From contig JAKMXF010000307.1 of NCBI GenBank assembly GCA_024704765.1, forward strand, positions 394,556 through 458,555: DNA of 64,000 nucleotides. Direction: 5' to 3'. Below the pieces are notes generated by a model, which made no database searches, was not told the DNA's origin, and worked only from the letters and a program-made list of their open reading frames with translations. The DNA comes from Oopsacas minuta (lineage: Eukaryota > Animalia > Porifera). Below are positions 39,011 to 52,713 of the stretch, piece by piece. The translations under genes were made by a program, and so were the position numbers. The number at the start of each line of letters is the position of its first letter. Position 1 is the first letter of the stretch.

Positions 39011-42000
39011 GTAATAGACACAACTCTTCCTTTCAATGTTATGACAGTTACGGATCCTTCACAACCTGGACAGATTTGACTTTTCTTACAAATTTTGATT
39101 TAAGTTGCCAAAGCGCCATTAACTATAAATTCACTGCACGAGATATGTCAATTACGAAACCAGGAGAACGAGACTATAGAAGAGCTAAATGGAAGTTTCA
39201 GACATTAACCCCATTTCTCGTTTTAGAAACATGGCCTCTAAAAAATTTTTCAACTCTAGAAAGCATTATCGAAACAAAATTATCAATCACATGCAAGGAT
39301 GAACTAATTACTTACAGATTGCTTGGATACAGTCTACTGTCAAGAAGTGATTTCAGTTTTCAAAATTAGATCAAAGGGAATGTTTATTGTTATGATGGAA
39401 TGGAGGATCTACATATACTGGTACAATACCCGTCAAAAATTATACGAGCAATACGTAACAATTCTCCAATCACTTCGAATGTCAATTATATTTTTACCTA
39501 TCAGATAAGAAACACTAAAGCTATACTAGAGTACGTAGATTGCAACGTCATTAGAGTGTGTTACATCATTTATCGGTTTCACAAATTTATCTATCAATGC
39601 TATCCTTGTTAGCTATATTTATATACATGATATATGTGGTAAGCGAGAACTGGTAGATTATAAGTCGATTCCATATATTCTGCAGTTTCTCCATTATAAA
39701 TGCTATAAACTCGCTTAATAGAGCAACCGGTTAATCACCACTTTCCAGGGACAGAACCATATAAAGTGTCAAATACCTCCGGTTAATCGGGTCAATACCT
39801 TTATTCCGCTTAATCCGGTCAAATGTCCCTTAATTACCTAAGTGATGACCGCAATAAACAAGAAATGCAAAATCTTCCCCCTTTTGATATCCAAGTTAGC
39901 AAAAACTGAAATCTACCCGGAACAAATATGTTAACAAATGGAAGAACCCATAACAATACTTTACACAATAAATTTAAACCAGGACAAATTTGTTAAATGC
40001 CAAAATCATGACAAATTAGTTCCGGCCGAACAGTTTTACATCGGAAAAAATATATAAAAAGAGGACCAGTAATGTCAATATAGATCTAGATCTTTGTATC
40101 CTAAGAATTCAAATATCAACCAAAAACCATTTTGCAACACTGAAATTAATATAATTCGTTTCTCACGACCTGAATACAAATGATATTCTTCAACTGTATT
40201 TTATTCGCCTTCATTCCTTCGACAAACTTTCTTCAATTATAACAATGCTTTCTATTTCGATTCAATCATGTGAATATCTTTCTAAATCAATTTTGAAATG
40301 ATACAAAACGATACAAAACGATATATTGAACACGGTTACATAGATAATCGGTTATATTAGAGATAATTGTCTATTAGAAGCATGGATATTAGTTGACAGC
40401 ATCAACTGTTGATTATTGGCTTTGTTTAGAAATGCTTATCCTATTTTTACGGTCGTATAACTTATGTGGAATTTTAAATTTACTTTATCCATTCGAGAAA
40501 ATATGGATCTATTATTGATTCCATTCAACTGTATCAGAAAATGAGGCAGAGTTAACTCCTCAAAATTCAATTGTTAAGTTGATTCACATCCAGGTATGTT
40601 ATCTAAAGCATCACCTGATATTGGTCACTCAGAAACTAGTGTTGTCATCAACAAATCTACCTATAATTATGTGTCACTTGTCGCTACACTAGATGATGGT
40701 GATATTCTGAATGATGTATTCATTGAAGTGTTCACAGCTATTGAACAAAGTAAGGGTAACTAAATATGAAATTTCAACAAAGCTTTGTTAATAAATAGGT
40801 AATGATCTAATAGTTATTGAAATACTCATTGCATAATATTATATGATATATTACAATTCAAATACCAGATTAAGGTTGCATAGGTCGGTATTACCTCAAT
40901 AAGAATATTTAGGAATGATTAGAGCAAATTGTGTTGAGTTGATAACACATTAATGAGTTGTGACACTTCTGGCAGATGTAGCACACAACTGGAATATTAG
41001 AACAACAACTAGAAAACATATGAAAATCATTTCAAGTTCTCTCATTCTACTTGAAAATATTAGTATAGTTGGAAATATAATCCATTTTGTGCATTTTGTG
41101 TTAACATCAGAGGTGGCGCACATAAATAATATATGTGTTCTCCTGCCCCGTATTGCTTAATAATAAAATGAAACAACAAAAAGGTTGGCTACAAACAATT
41201 CTAAATATTCATGATGGGGTAATAGAGATTGATAGAATACAATTTTCTATCAGAATTGCTTCATCAAATTTTAATTAGAAGCCATTAGTAATTATGTATA
41301 AATAGCTAATTATCTATTTAATGAGCAAAGTATGCCTTGAAAATATAATTTGAAAACACTTCATAGATATTTATGTGAACAATGTAACTAACATAGCCCG
41401 ATAAATTTTGAAGTATCGAAATATTGACAATCATTGGCACCTATCATAATATTCATAGATAAATCAACAATGATTCCTAGATTGGCATCAAATAAATATC
41501 TCAATTGGTCCGCTGTCATATTAAATGTAAAAAAAGATTTCCATGAAAAACAATAGATTCCAGGACTACCCAGACCGATATTTCAAACTTCGACGATCAG
41601 ATTACTCTATCAGTGTAAACTATTATAGAGTATAGGGTTCATCGACGAGTATATCTCTTTCAACAGTTAAGGAGTCCTTTAAATTCGACATGGGTGAATA
41701 AGTTTTATGTACTGATGCACTCAGGGGCGTAGATCCGTCATTTTTCTGGTGGGGATGGAGAATTTAAAACCAGCACTTTTCTACATATGACAAATATGAA
41801 TATGCTAGAATCGTAGTCATTAAAGTTCCTAACTCGACAAAAGGATAGATAGACAATAGTAAAACAGCTAAGAACATAGATCATAGTATGTATAGTATAC
41901 TTTATACTTGGTAGTGCGAAAAGAACATATGGATTGAATATATCTAGACTAAAGTATAAATTATTCGAAATTGCCAAATATTTTCCGACGTATCTCACCT

Positions 42001-42922
42001 CTTGTCGAAATTCATTTGCTAGTGTAGCGATATTTATTCAATCAATAATTTCTTTGTGAACATTACATACACATACTGAATTCAGACGTTTCCGCGTCAT
42101 TGAATTCCTGAGTCATGTCTTTAGTCTTCTTAATTCAGAAAAACTCCTTTCAAATTCGCAAAAAGATACCGACATACGAGTGATAATTTTATTAGAGTTC
42201 GTACTTCCAAATGCAATTTTCTATACTATTTTAGCTTCTTCAATACTTTCTGGATTGACATTCTCTGAATAATGCAAGTTGAGTTGATAATGTATGCTTT
42301 TCTAATTCTGGATATTGTCCAATTAATTCAATATTTACTTCTCTACTGAGTAACATTGTTTTCAATTTTTCATATTGATTTAAACCGGTTTAACTTGCGT
42401 AATACCTTTCAGATAGAATACGTTGCACCGTCATTAAAAGCTGAGTATAGATCTTTTATAATACTCTTCAGTAGATAAAGTAGTATTACATTGTATATTT
42501 CGTGAATAATATCTTTTAGGTGGAAATCTTCTTCTGGGAATTTAGGTTCATCGAGACATTATCCTTCTGTTTGATCTTGAACTAGGCTAAAATATTGTTA
42601 AATGACTCTTGTGTTAAACATAACTCCAATTGTGCATGTACCAAACTAACGGCTGAAAGCATACCTAGAATTGATTTTGAATATAAAATTGATTTTCATT
42701 GTTAGCAATAACTTAATAAAATACAAACGAGATCTTCACCTGATAAATTCGTAGATTTTCCTTGTAATGATTTGTTTAGCTGTTCCAATATGGAAATAGG
42801 TTTCAAGGTCATTAACAGGCCCAAAAGAGTCTCTGCCTTGGGAAATCTATCAAGTAATCCATTAGCTTTAGTGGCTGTGGTTGTACTTCCACTGAGTGAC
42901 AATTTCTTTTAGATCTCGATTA

Positions 42923-43278
42923 CCTTATTATAGGAAATTAACGCTCCATGAAATTAACACGAATTGGAGCTGAACATTTTCAAATACATGAATTTAACGC
43001 GATTGAGAGGGAGAACATTTGGATATACACTATTTTATGCGAATAAATATAAAAAATTATTCAATTTCTAAACATAAAAAGTCCCAAAATAGGTTTCCAG
43101 TCCACTTGATAGACATGGTATCCTCTCAAACCAGTCACCCATCGGAAAACATGTAAATTGGGAGTTTGCCCATTCATTGTCTAAATTTGCTAAATTGAAG
43201 GAAATTAATATCATGGAAATTAATGCTCCATGAAATTAACGCGAATTAAAGCATCTGCGTTAATTTCCTCTAGTAAGG
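42923..43278. mobile_element. 356-bp MITE with GAAATTAAC(G) subterminal repeats
   Basis: About 22-bp TIRs CCTTATTATAGGAAATTAACGC and (rc) CCTTACTAGAGGAAATTAACGC. TA on the left, CA on the right. It interrupts the hAT frame. Confidence 0.75.
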
Positions 43279-44632
43279 CACTGCAAAATAGTTATCAACT
43301 GCAGATATGATGGATGAATATCTAGTGAGCCAACAAGTTGGACATAATGGTCAGATATTCAGAGTTGATACAATACTTTCGGAATTATGTTCCTTTGCTA
43401 CCTGATTAAATATAGCTTAAATTATGAAGATTAATAGGTGATTATAATTATTTAACTAATTTAACAATATATTGAAAATGATTACCTTATACTTTCTGGA
43501 GTTTGCATAAAGAATCCCCAATTCATGCATCTATTGAATAGAATCACCTGCCAATCGACAAGTGATTAGTGATTGTTGCATGACTAAGTTAGCTTAATGC
43601 GAACCACAATGGAAAAAGTGCAAGGGATTGAATTTCCTTGAATCTTGCTTGACATCCATTATAAATTCCGCTTTGTGACAGTTCCATCGTATGTCTGAGG
43701 AGTAATTGATTAATGGACAGATTCAATTGAATAATAACGCGTATAACATTTTAGCAATATTCTCTCCAATTGTTACACTAATTTCGATAAACCTATAAAA
43801 TGCTCATGAACTTCTAATTCAGAGTCTACATGGCAAATACACATAGATTCTTGTTCTTCGCCTGTGATATCTTGTGTACTGTCTACCATGATACCAAATA
43901 CTCCATTAGTACGTATTTATCAGCAATTAGATTCACAATACAATGGTTAAGGAGATTCATCATCCCCTCTTGTGCTTGAGAACTGAAATTGGTACTTTTA
44001 GCTAAATATTGAAATAAGTTGACATCGTCTTCTCCTCTAAGTTTCAATAATTGCCAAAATTACCACTTTCTTCAGAATGCCCACGAAAAGCAATTCCCTG
44101 ATGGAGTAAATACCTTACAGAAGTGAATATTTTAAGTAAAGACTTTCTAGAAATTTGTTGGACTGAATAATTTAAGAATCCAAAGTAGAGTCACTGAAGG
44201 TTCATCTATAGTCTCATATTGTATGCAGCAAGCTTGTATAATTGAGAATTTTGATATTCAACAAATCGTTGTGCCGCCTCTCTCCAATATTTAAAGCTTT
44301 CAGAAACAAAAGATAATTCAATAGCTGGTACATTTTCTAATAATTTTAGTCAGGAAGCTTTTAAACATGTTAAACATGCGACTTGCTCTAACTCGGTATT
44401 AGTGAATCCATGGACACTGTCAAACAAAACCTTCCGAAAATAAACGTTCTGAGTCTGTTCCTTTCTTTGGTAGATAAGCGATATCCGCGGTTGATTAGGC
44501 TGAGTAATATCTATCTCTTCATTTTAAGTGGTAACTGTAGAAGCTATTTGAGTAGAACTAATATTCGCATATAAATCAATATCAGATGGATCTGTGGATT
44601 CTTCTGTGATATCAAGCCCTGAAGTTTGGTTA

Positions 44633-46972
44633 CATGGTCGACCGGAACACAGAAAGCTGAAATTTTGCCCCGTATTAGATTATACAACTCAACAAGATTT
44701 CTCATCAGAGATCACATACATTTATCTTAGCATACTTTTGAATGCTGAACTCGAATCTGCAATCAGAATTTTCTAGCACGTCTAGTTATTCTGAAATCCA
44801 ATATCCATTTTTTCAAAAGTATAGTATTACCTAGTTACTAAATTGCTATGTGAGCATGCCTATGTTGATTCAATTATCTGGAATATAAATGACTTTACTT
44901 GTTTGAATTCAAGCAAATCAAATTATAAACATGCATCGTAATTGTAGCACTCATCCCAACAATTTCTGTTACGTTTGTGGTCTTTTTTGCGTAAAATCAC
45001 AAAGACGACCAATCACAAATCAATTAAAGAACATATACAAATTGTACTTCGAATGTCCACTTGGTGACCAAGACAAGTCGTGGGCACCACATGTCATATG
45101 CACTTCTTGTTCAAGTGGACTACGTGATTGGTTGAACAAAAGGAAAGTTTCAATGCCATTTGCAATACCCATGGTCTGGAGGGAACAGAAAAATCACCTT
45201 GATGATTGTTACTTTTGCCTTATCGACATTACAGGATTCTCAGCCAAGAATAAGCACGCTCTTGTTTACCCAGACTTGGATTCTGCTCGCAGGCCAATTC
45301 CACACGACATCTCATTACCAATCCCAATTGTCAAGCCACAGCAAATTAAAATCGGGTTTGATATGGTGGAAGATGTTCATGCAGAGTCTACAGATGCTAA
45401 TTATGTCCCGGAAGATGAATTACTAGAGCCACAAACATTTACACAGGGAGAATTGAATGACCTGGTCAGGGATCTAGACTTATCTAAAGACAAAGCTGAA
45501 CTCCTTGCATCCAGGCTCAAACAGAAAAACCTACTCGACAAGGATGTCCTAGTATCCCACTATCGCAAGCGAAATTTCGATCTCACTCAATACTACACCA
45601 CTGATGGGCCAGTGTGCTATTGTAATGATATCGAAGGACTCTATGCAAACCTACTACAAGAACATTCTTCCTCTGATTGGTGCCTTTTCATCGACTCGTC
45701 AAAACGCAGTTTGAAAGCTGTTCTGTTGCATAACGGAAATCTAAAGCCTGGCGTTCCAATTGCTCACTCCGTCTATCTGAAAGAAACCTTCGTCAATTTG
45801 CAGGAAGTTTTGGACGCAATACAGTATAGAACACATAAATGGAATATCTGCGGTGATCTTAAGATAATCGGGCTATTGATGGGGTTACAACAAGGTTTTA
45901 CATAGTATTGTTGTTTCCTATGTCTATGGGACAGCCGAACAACTGGTGAACATTATAAAAAATGTGATTGGCCGAAGAGAACCTATGAAGTGGGGAAAAC
46001 ATATTTACAGCATTCGCCATTGGTAGATCCAAACAAAGTTTTCTTACCCCCACTTCATACTAAGCTTGGATTAATGAAAACATTCGTTAAAACAATGGAC
46101 AAATCAAATTCCGCAGGATTTCTGCATTTGGTTGGCAAATTTCCGAAACTAAGGGAGGGCCAAGTTAAAAGAGGGAGTATTTGTAGGACCACAAATCAGA
46201 CAAGTATTCAGAGATCCAGATTTCGAGAAGACATTATCCGAATTAGAAATGAGTGCTTGGAATTCTTTCAAATGGGTTTGTGAAAACTTTTTGGGCAACA
46301 AGAAGTCGTCCAACTACAGAGAAGGAGTGGAAACCTTGCTTAACGCATACGAGAAGATGGGCTGTCGCATGTCGCTAAAACTTCACCTCTTGCACTCTCA
46401 CCTTGATTTTTCCCCTGAGAACCTTGGTGCTGTAAGTGATGAACAGGGTGAGAGATTCCACCAAGACATACAGGAGATGGAAACCCGATACCAAGGTTTC
46501 TGGAATGAGGGCATGATGTCCGACTACTGTTGGAGGCTCTTCAGAGATAATCCCAACAAAATATATAAAAGGAAGTTGTACTCTCAAAACATTTAATTTA
46601 CTTAGCTACCTTTATACTTCTAGATGGATATGTATTTCCCCTTAGTTTGTGAGTAGTTGATACATGCATGAATGTGAATAATTATACTTAAGAGCTAGGA
46701 TAATAACTGATATTATCTTGGCATTAATCTAGAACATCGAAACGTTGATTTATTTCAGATGGCTATCATGTAAGGAGACAAAAGACAGCCACTAACATAA
46801 AATAACAGGAAAAATTTAGGAAATACATAAACATCGTTGACTTGTAGATGGAAAACAACTGGACGTGCTGGAAAGAATCTAAAAGCAGATTTGAATTCAG
46901 CGTAAAAAACTAGCTTAGAAAATGTCAATCTAATACTTGATGAGAAAATGAAGTTAAATTTTGTTGACTGTG
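44633..46972 (+). mobile_element. Chapaev3-like (CMC) transposon #1
   Basis: Flanked by TTA on both sides (44630-32, 46973-75). Ends CATGGTCGAC and (rc) CACAGTCAAC. Removing it restores the hAT start MSNNQTSG. Confidence 0.8.
44931..46596 (+). pseudogene. Chapaev3-like transposase, near-intact (one nonsense, one frameshift)
   Basis: FCYVCG, GDQDKSWAPHVICTSC, PMVWREQKNHLDDCYFC, LFIDSSKRSLKAVLLHNGN, CGDLK, LPPLH.KLGL and SDEQGERFHQDI. TAG at 45903-05 and a frameshift near 46157. Confidence 0.9.
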
Positions 46973-48107
46973 TTATTAGACATAGTAACTAATCTATGAA
47001 AGAATCAAAAAAAAGAAATGGTTGTTAGTATATAACTTAAACTACTTTATTGAGAACTAGTTATGTAATGTAAGTTGACAGTATTCAGATCCACCTATAT
47101 ACTATGTCATCGTTTTGATTTAATATGCATAGTTATTACGCTGAGACACAAATTGAAATGTATTCTAAAGAAAATTACCAATACTAAATTAATACAAATT
47201 AAAGACAATTATTTGAAGAGACCCTACGAGTGCGAATTATTAATAAGCATGATAGAGATTATTCACAAGTATACATTTATCCGGATTATAGCATATATTT
47301 CAATGAGTAGGAATAAGGAATGACATCTCAGAATCATATCTTTGAAAACATACTCACGAACAGCGTAATTTGAATATAACAAGAGGATAATCTGCTGAAC
47401 TCAAAGATTCGAGAGCAAAATTTCTGTAGACATATCTCAAAAGTTAAAATGTAGGGGGATGATTAAATAGAGCATCCCCCAAGCTTATAAGTGGGGGGAT
47501 ATATCCCCCATTCCCCCGTGATCTATGCCCCTGGATGCACTGAATAATCAGAAATAAACGCTAAGGACAGAAGCACTTGAAAACTATACTCTATGCCGTT
47601 AGATCACAAATAGCGCTCAAGAAAGGAGGAAAGTCGACTTAATTACTTGAATCTGAATTATCTATTGACGAGAAAGATTGAATGAACTCTGGTAAAGAGG
47701 TACTAGATACAGTCTTACTGGAAGATAGGCTTAAAATTTTGGATACTTTGAGGTTGCGTTCTGATGCAATATTTGAAGGTATAACATGGTAATTTGCTCC
47801 TGACATGATACGATATAGTCTAAAATGGTGTTCCAAGCTCAGTCTGTACGAAAGATACTAAAAAGCATGAAAATCCACAGTTCTCGGCGAGAACATTTGC
47901 TAACTGCGGTAGCACGAGACAAGCATGTTCGAAGCCTATGAATTTTTGTATTCATAAGGAATTAGGAAAAGTTCACCATTATGATACAAGCAAATGGATA
48001 AACCAAATTCTACTGATATGTACATATTCACTTTATCTTAGGGTTATCGAAACGAGAACGCATAAAAGAATAAATATTTGCTCGGATACCTTATAGAACA
48101 TATATTA

Positions 48108-50286
48108 CACAGCCCAACAGAAATGAAACATAATTTGATACCTCGAAAGTTAGGCATATTATAGTGATACTTGATCTACAGATTTCAACACTACCATCGG
48201 TATTGCGCCATCAGCTCTAGTTTGGAGATAGATTATATTTCCTAAAATGCTAATTTCTCCTTTAACCTAGGCTCAATTTGGGGTTTATCCAAATTATTTC
48301 ATGTTTTTCTAGTAAATCATAACGATTTTGTTCCTGATTTAAGTATTGTAATGAGGCATCTCTCATATATTCCAGAACCTTACCATGCATTCCAAACCTG
48401 CGTGGACATAATCACTGTAATCATCAAAGTTTGATTTACATTTCAAACACTATGTCATTGTTGTATTACTAGACTTCTTCACTAAGAAGTTGTTTGAAAA
48501 ACTCAGATACATTCTGCGATAAATGTAGTAACTATACTGAGAGAGCAGCAAAACCTATTTCTGACTTTGTTAAGAAGGCACATTTTGCATATTTTGGAGT
48601 CAGGCTTGGAGACCAAAATAAGCCCTTAGCCCCGCACATAATGTGTAAAACTTGAACGTAGCATGTGCGACAATGGCCAGTTTGCAAGAGGATAAATCTG
48701 AAATATGGTATACCAATGGTTTGGAGGGAGACAAAGGAACACTATTATGATTGTAAATTATGTATTGAAAACATTAGAGGCATCAATTATATTATGAGCA
48801 ATTGGACATATTCTCACCTAGAGTCAGGGAGACGACATACTCCACACTCAGAAGAGGTGCCCATTCCGCATTCGAAACTTCATCTAAATGATTCAGATAT
48901 CCCAAACTAGCAGAATTTCATTCGAGTTATAGCGACTTTGAAGACAATTCATCGATGGGCCCTAAAGTTTGATCAACTCGAACTGAACAATCTGATAAGG
49001 GATCCCGACCTCTCAAAAGAATATTCTGAAGTGCTGGCATCCAGGTTGAATGACACAAATTTACTTCCTTCTGGAACCAGGATTATATAATATGGTAGCA
49101 AAGAAAAATCTGAACTGCAACACTTTCCAACGACACTATTAGTTTTGTGCAATGATGTTGGAAGTCTTTTAGGAAAATTGGTGTACCAGAATTCAGGCAA
49201 AATGAATGACGAAGTTTAATCAACAGTTCTACCAGTAGTTTGAAATGTGTTTAGCTCCATAATGGGAACAAATATGCTTCGATTCCAATTAGCCACTCAA
49301 CCAGTAAGAAGGAGAAGTATGAGTCAATCAAACTGATTTTTAGGTAAGCTGAAATATCATGTTCATCAATGGATGGTTTGCGTTGACTTAAAGATGGTAA
49401 ATTTCCTGCAAAGTGGCTACACAAAATACCCATGTTTCATGTGAATTTGGGATAGTTGAGGAAGAAAAGACCACTAGTCAGGAAAAGAGTGGTCCTTGAG
49501 AAAGAATATGCAAGTGGGAGAAATGAACATTATTAACAACTATAAATACAGGGAAAATATCATTCTTCCACCACTGCATATCAAACTGGGACCATGAAAC
49601 ATTTCGCCAAGGCTTTGAATAAAGATGGTCCCTGCTTCCATTATTTATGCAGTTCATCTCCTGAACTCAGTACCGAAAGCTAAAAGCTGGAATTTGAAGG
49701 CCCAAGATCAGAAAGCTCATAAAGACACATGTTTATTAATTCAACATTGACAGTAAATACGCCGAATTAGTAGGCATCATGCTCTCGATATACAATATAC
49801 TAGGCTGTTTGATGAGAATCAAGGTTCATTACCTCCATAAACATTTAGATCATTTCCCCGAAAGCTTGGTTACGTAAGTGAAGAACAAGGAGAAAGGTTC
49901 CATCAAGAGCCTAGGGTAATGGAAGAGAGGTATAAGGGAAGGTGGGAGATTACTGATGGAGTCCTCAGCGAGATTGTTCAGGGAAATTTCACTCAAGGGT
50001 TTCCAGCAAAAGATGCTTTTTATACGTTGGCTAATTGTGTCTACCGTTTATAGAAGCACTTTATACATATTGGCTTATGATAATGTTTATGCTTATGGGA
50101 AAAATTCTTAACATCGTTATTCGTTATGTCTTGAAAATGGAATATTAAATAGTTGAAGTCAATCGCTGATAAATATCAAAAACAAGAGCTGATAGATCAA
50201 AGCTGAAGGCATTTTTCGAATCTACGCACAAAATATACCAAAAAATATGTCTAACTTCCAAGGGACCAAATATCTGTCGACCAGTG
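48108..50286 (+). mobile_element. Chapaev3-like transposon #2, degenerate
   Basis: Ends CACAGCCCAAC (after TTA) and GTCGACCAGTG (before TTG), with matching inverted subterminal regions. Broken motifs LGDQNKPLAPHIMCK, GIPMVWRE, VLLHNGNKYASIPI, LPPLHIKLG and SEEQGERFHQ. Confidence 0.85.
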
Positions 50287-52713
50287 TTGTCAATTGAACG
50301 AAAAGGTAAATTAACTTGTAAATCTAGGAAACTGCGAATCTCTAATTTCTCCTTAACTTCTACCTCTACTCTAGAATGAGTGAAACAGCTTATTCAGAAG
50401 TTCGGTATCCTTATCCTCTAGAGAGAGATGGTTGCATTTGTTGGAGGAGTGAGGTGAATAGTAAGAAGGACATCTTGGTTGTATAGTCGGTACATCTTTC
50501 AGCTTTGGACGTCTGCGGGTATCTCTAGGTAAGTTCAGTCTCAATTCGGGAATCTGTGTGTGGTCTCGAATTGATCCCACCTAAAATGTTTGGAGCACAA
50601 GTACACAACTTTCAGTTCGTGTATATCATCTCTGTGTAGAGCTCGTAGCAAAACATATCCCAGTTCATCAGCCTTCTGTGGCATCGTGAAAACAATTATT
50701 CTGTATTTCGGGTTATAGTTGTTTGTATAATTGGTACAGAACACAGCTTGGGCATGAACTAAGGTAGCTAGTAAGATAGAAACGTTTGGGAAAGAATAAA
50801 AGTGATATGTGACCGAGAGGACACAGGAAAATAATACAAAATGAATGCAATTAAAATATTTTTCGAGGATGTGAATATATGTTCCAAATAATATTTAATC
50901 ATCTTAGGTTGTTTATATAGAATTCATATATTTATACTAACGAATTTAATCAGTATGGATCATTATAATTTCACTTTCAAAAGCATCCTGGTCAAGATTT
51001 CTCTTGATTATCGTTAGTTTTGTGTATCTTAGTCCTGTATATGTCAAACACAACGAGTTAATGATATTTTAAATGGAATCCCACACCATTAGGCACCCAT
51101 TCCTGGTCAAAAATCCACAAATTTCCCTATAGACCTTATGTAGGGTAGGCTGTGATAGGTAAATTTCGAAATTTTACGGACACATAGGATCTAAATTATT
51201 GATAATTCGGTGAAACTTTAAAAAATGCTGGTTTCCAGAGATATCGTAGCCTATTCATTCAGCAAACAGTTAGAAAAGACTGCAATAGTAAATATAGTTG
51301 TTTAAGATATCAATTTCATGAAATCATCAATTCATAGATTTATAGAAACATTTATGTCTTCTATATGTGTTGAATGAGATATTCACTATTTTCCTCGTAA
51401 AACTTTATTAGATATTTCAAAAGGTATCTAGATAATGTATATATCACATGATCATAAAATAGCATAAAATGATTCTAACATGATAGCTAAATTCATTACA
51501 CATATACTTACTTTACGCATGGATTAAATCAACGAATATATAAATAGCAATACATTCCAATTCTTAGGAGATTGAGGACACAAATGTCAGCAATGTATAC
51601 TTTGCGACTTGTGCAGGTTCAAACTTGTATAGCTACTGGGTAAAATGCATAATATACATTATTGATCTAGAATCCTAGATAAATAGTAACAAATGGCAAA
51701 TATTTGATTCAACAGTATTCAGATGGGGAACTTCACAAATTATTTATGAATAAAATTAAACTACCCACACATAATTAAGCTCCGTTGGATGGTTCATAAG
51801 CAATTTAATTGACGCAGCTACAAATATGTTCAAATGTTAAAAAGAAATTCAATAAATTTGAAATGCAAATACTTGTATTGCGTCATTGAAGTCAATTGAT
51901 TTTCTTAAACTGCAAGAATAAAATTCATAAAATTCTAAATGATGATATTGGCCTCAAACTAACAACCTAGAAAATATTTGAATCAATATTGAAATTAGTG
52001 CTTATAGGTTAAAGCAAAATGAATACAATAGAGATTATGAATGAATAATCTGAAGCACAAAAACTTATCCAATTTCTACCCATATGTCAACTGTGTAGCG
52101 TATGTAAACGGGATAGATTTAAGAAACGAGAAGACATCCAGGATGCATAAATAATTCTTCTTTAACACTTAAGCTAACTTGGGGAACTAAGGTGTCAGGC
52201 AGCGATCTGGCGAGGGAAGCTAATTAGTTATTCATTACGACTATGGACCTAAATAGATTAAAACTCATTGAATATAAACCTGAAGCATCTTTTTAGATAC
52301 GGCTCCGTTACGAACAATGTACTCCTACTCTGCACCACATGTTAGGAAATCCTACTTGTTTTCACTGACAATTCTTTCGTGAAGCACACAAATCCCATTT
52401 CCTACAAGTAAGTTTACAAATGTACTCATCCCTCCGCAATTTTACATAGCACCTAGGGCCGAAACTGTGTCAATACTGGGTCAAATTGGCTTAAAAGGGT
52501 GAACAAAGATATCCTTTGTAATAAAATAAAAACAACTATTAAGGGCGATATGCTCTCGATATGTACGAGAGTTGGAGAAATGTAGCTGTGCATAGTTGAC
52601 AATTACCTCCAGCCTGGGTCAGGATTCCAATTATATTAATTTATTGGCCCAAATAAAAATACATATATAAGTAGTTCCGATTAATTATAACGTAGGCATT
52701 AATTATTCACATA

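Larger units (their letters stand above)
41722..47533 (-). mobile_element. hAT element (ZMYM1-like transposase pseudogene) with 8-bp TSD
   Basis: TIRs CAGGGGCGTAGATC / GATCTATGCCCCTG and a perfect TSD GATGCACT (41714-21, 47534-41). Minus-strand motifs: GIAFRGHSEESGNF, FGIMVDSTQDITGEEQESMCI, QTYDG, HCGSH, PLCPTCWLTR, and a decayed dimerisation motif near 42060-42210. Confidence 0.95.
41250..50755 (-). mobile_element. THAP/P-element-like remnant split by hAT and Chapaev3 insertions (own sequence about 41250-41713, 47542-48104, 50290-50755)
   Basis: THAP domain from the ATG at 50755 (MPKLCSV...VFTMP...LRALHRDD...YLCSKHF). EHHFRLYRIMSGANYHV...SERNLKV lies at about 47700-47840. LAFISDYSVHQYIK spans the hAT junction, followed by SDRRSLKY. 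Termini not resolved; left boundary approximate. Confidence 0.78.

Noticed and set aside
38893-39369. 158-aa plus-strand ORF as a host gene
   Set aside because: It partly overlaps a minus-strand mariner remnant, has no recognisable domain and shows no supporting gene structure.
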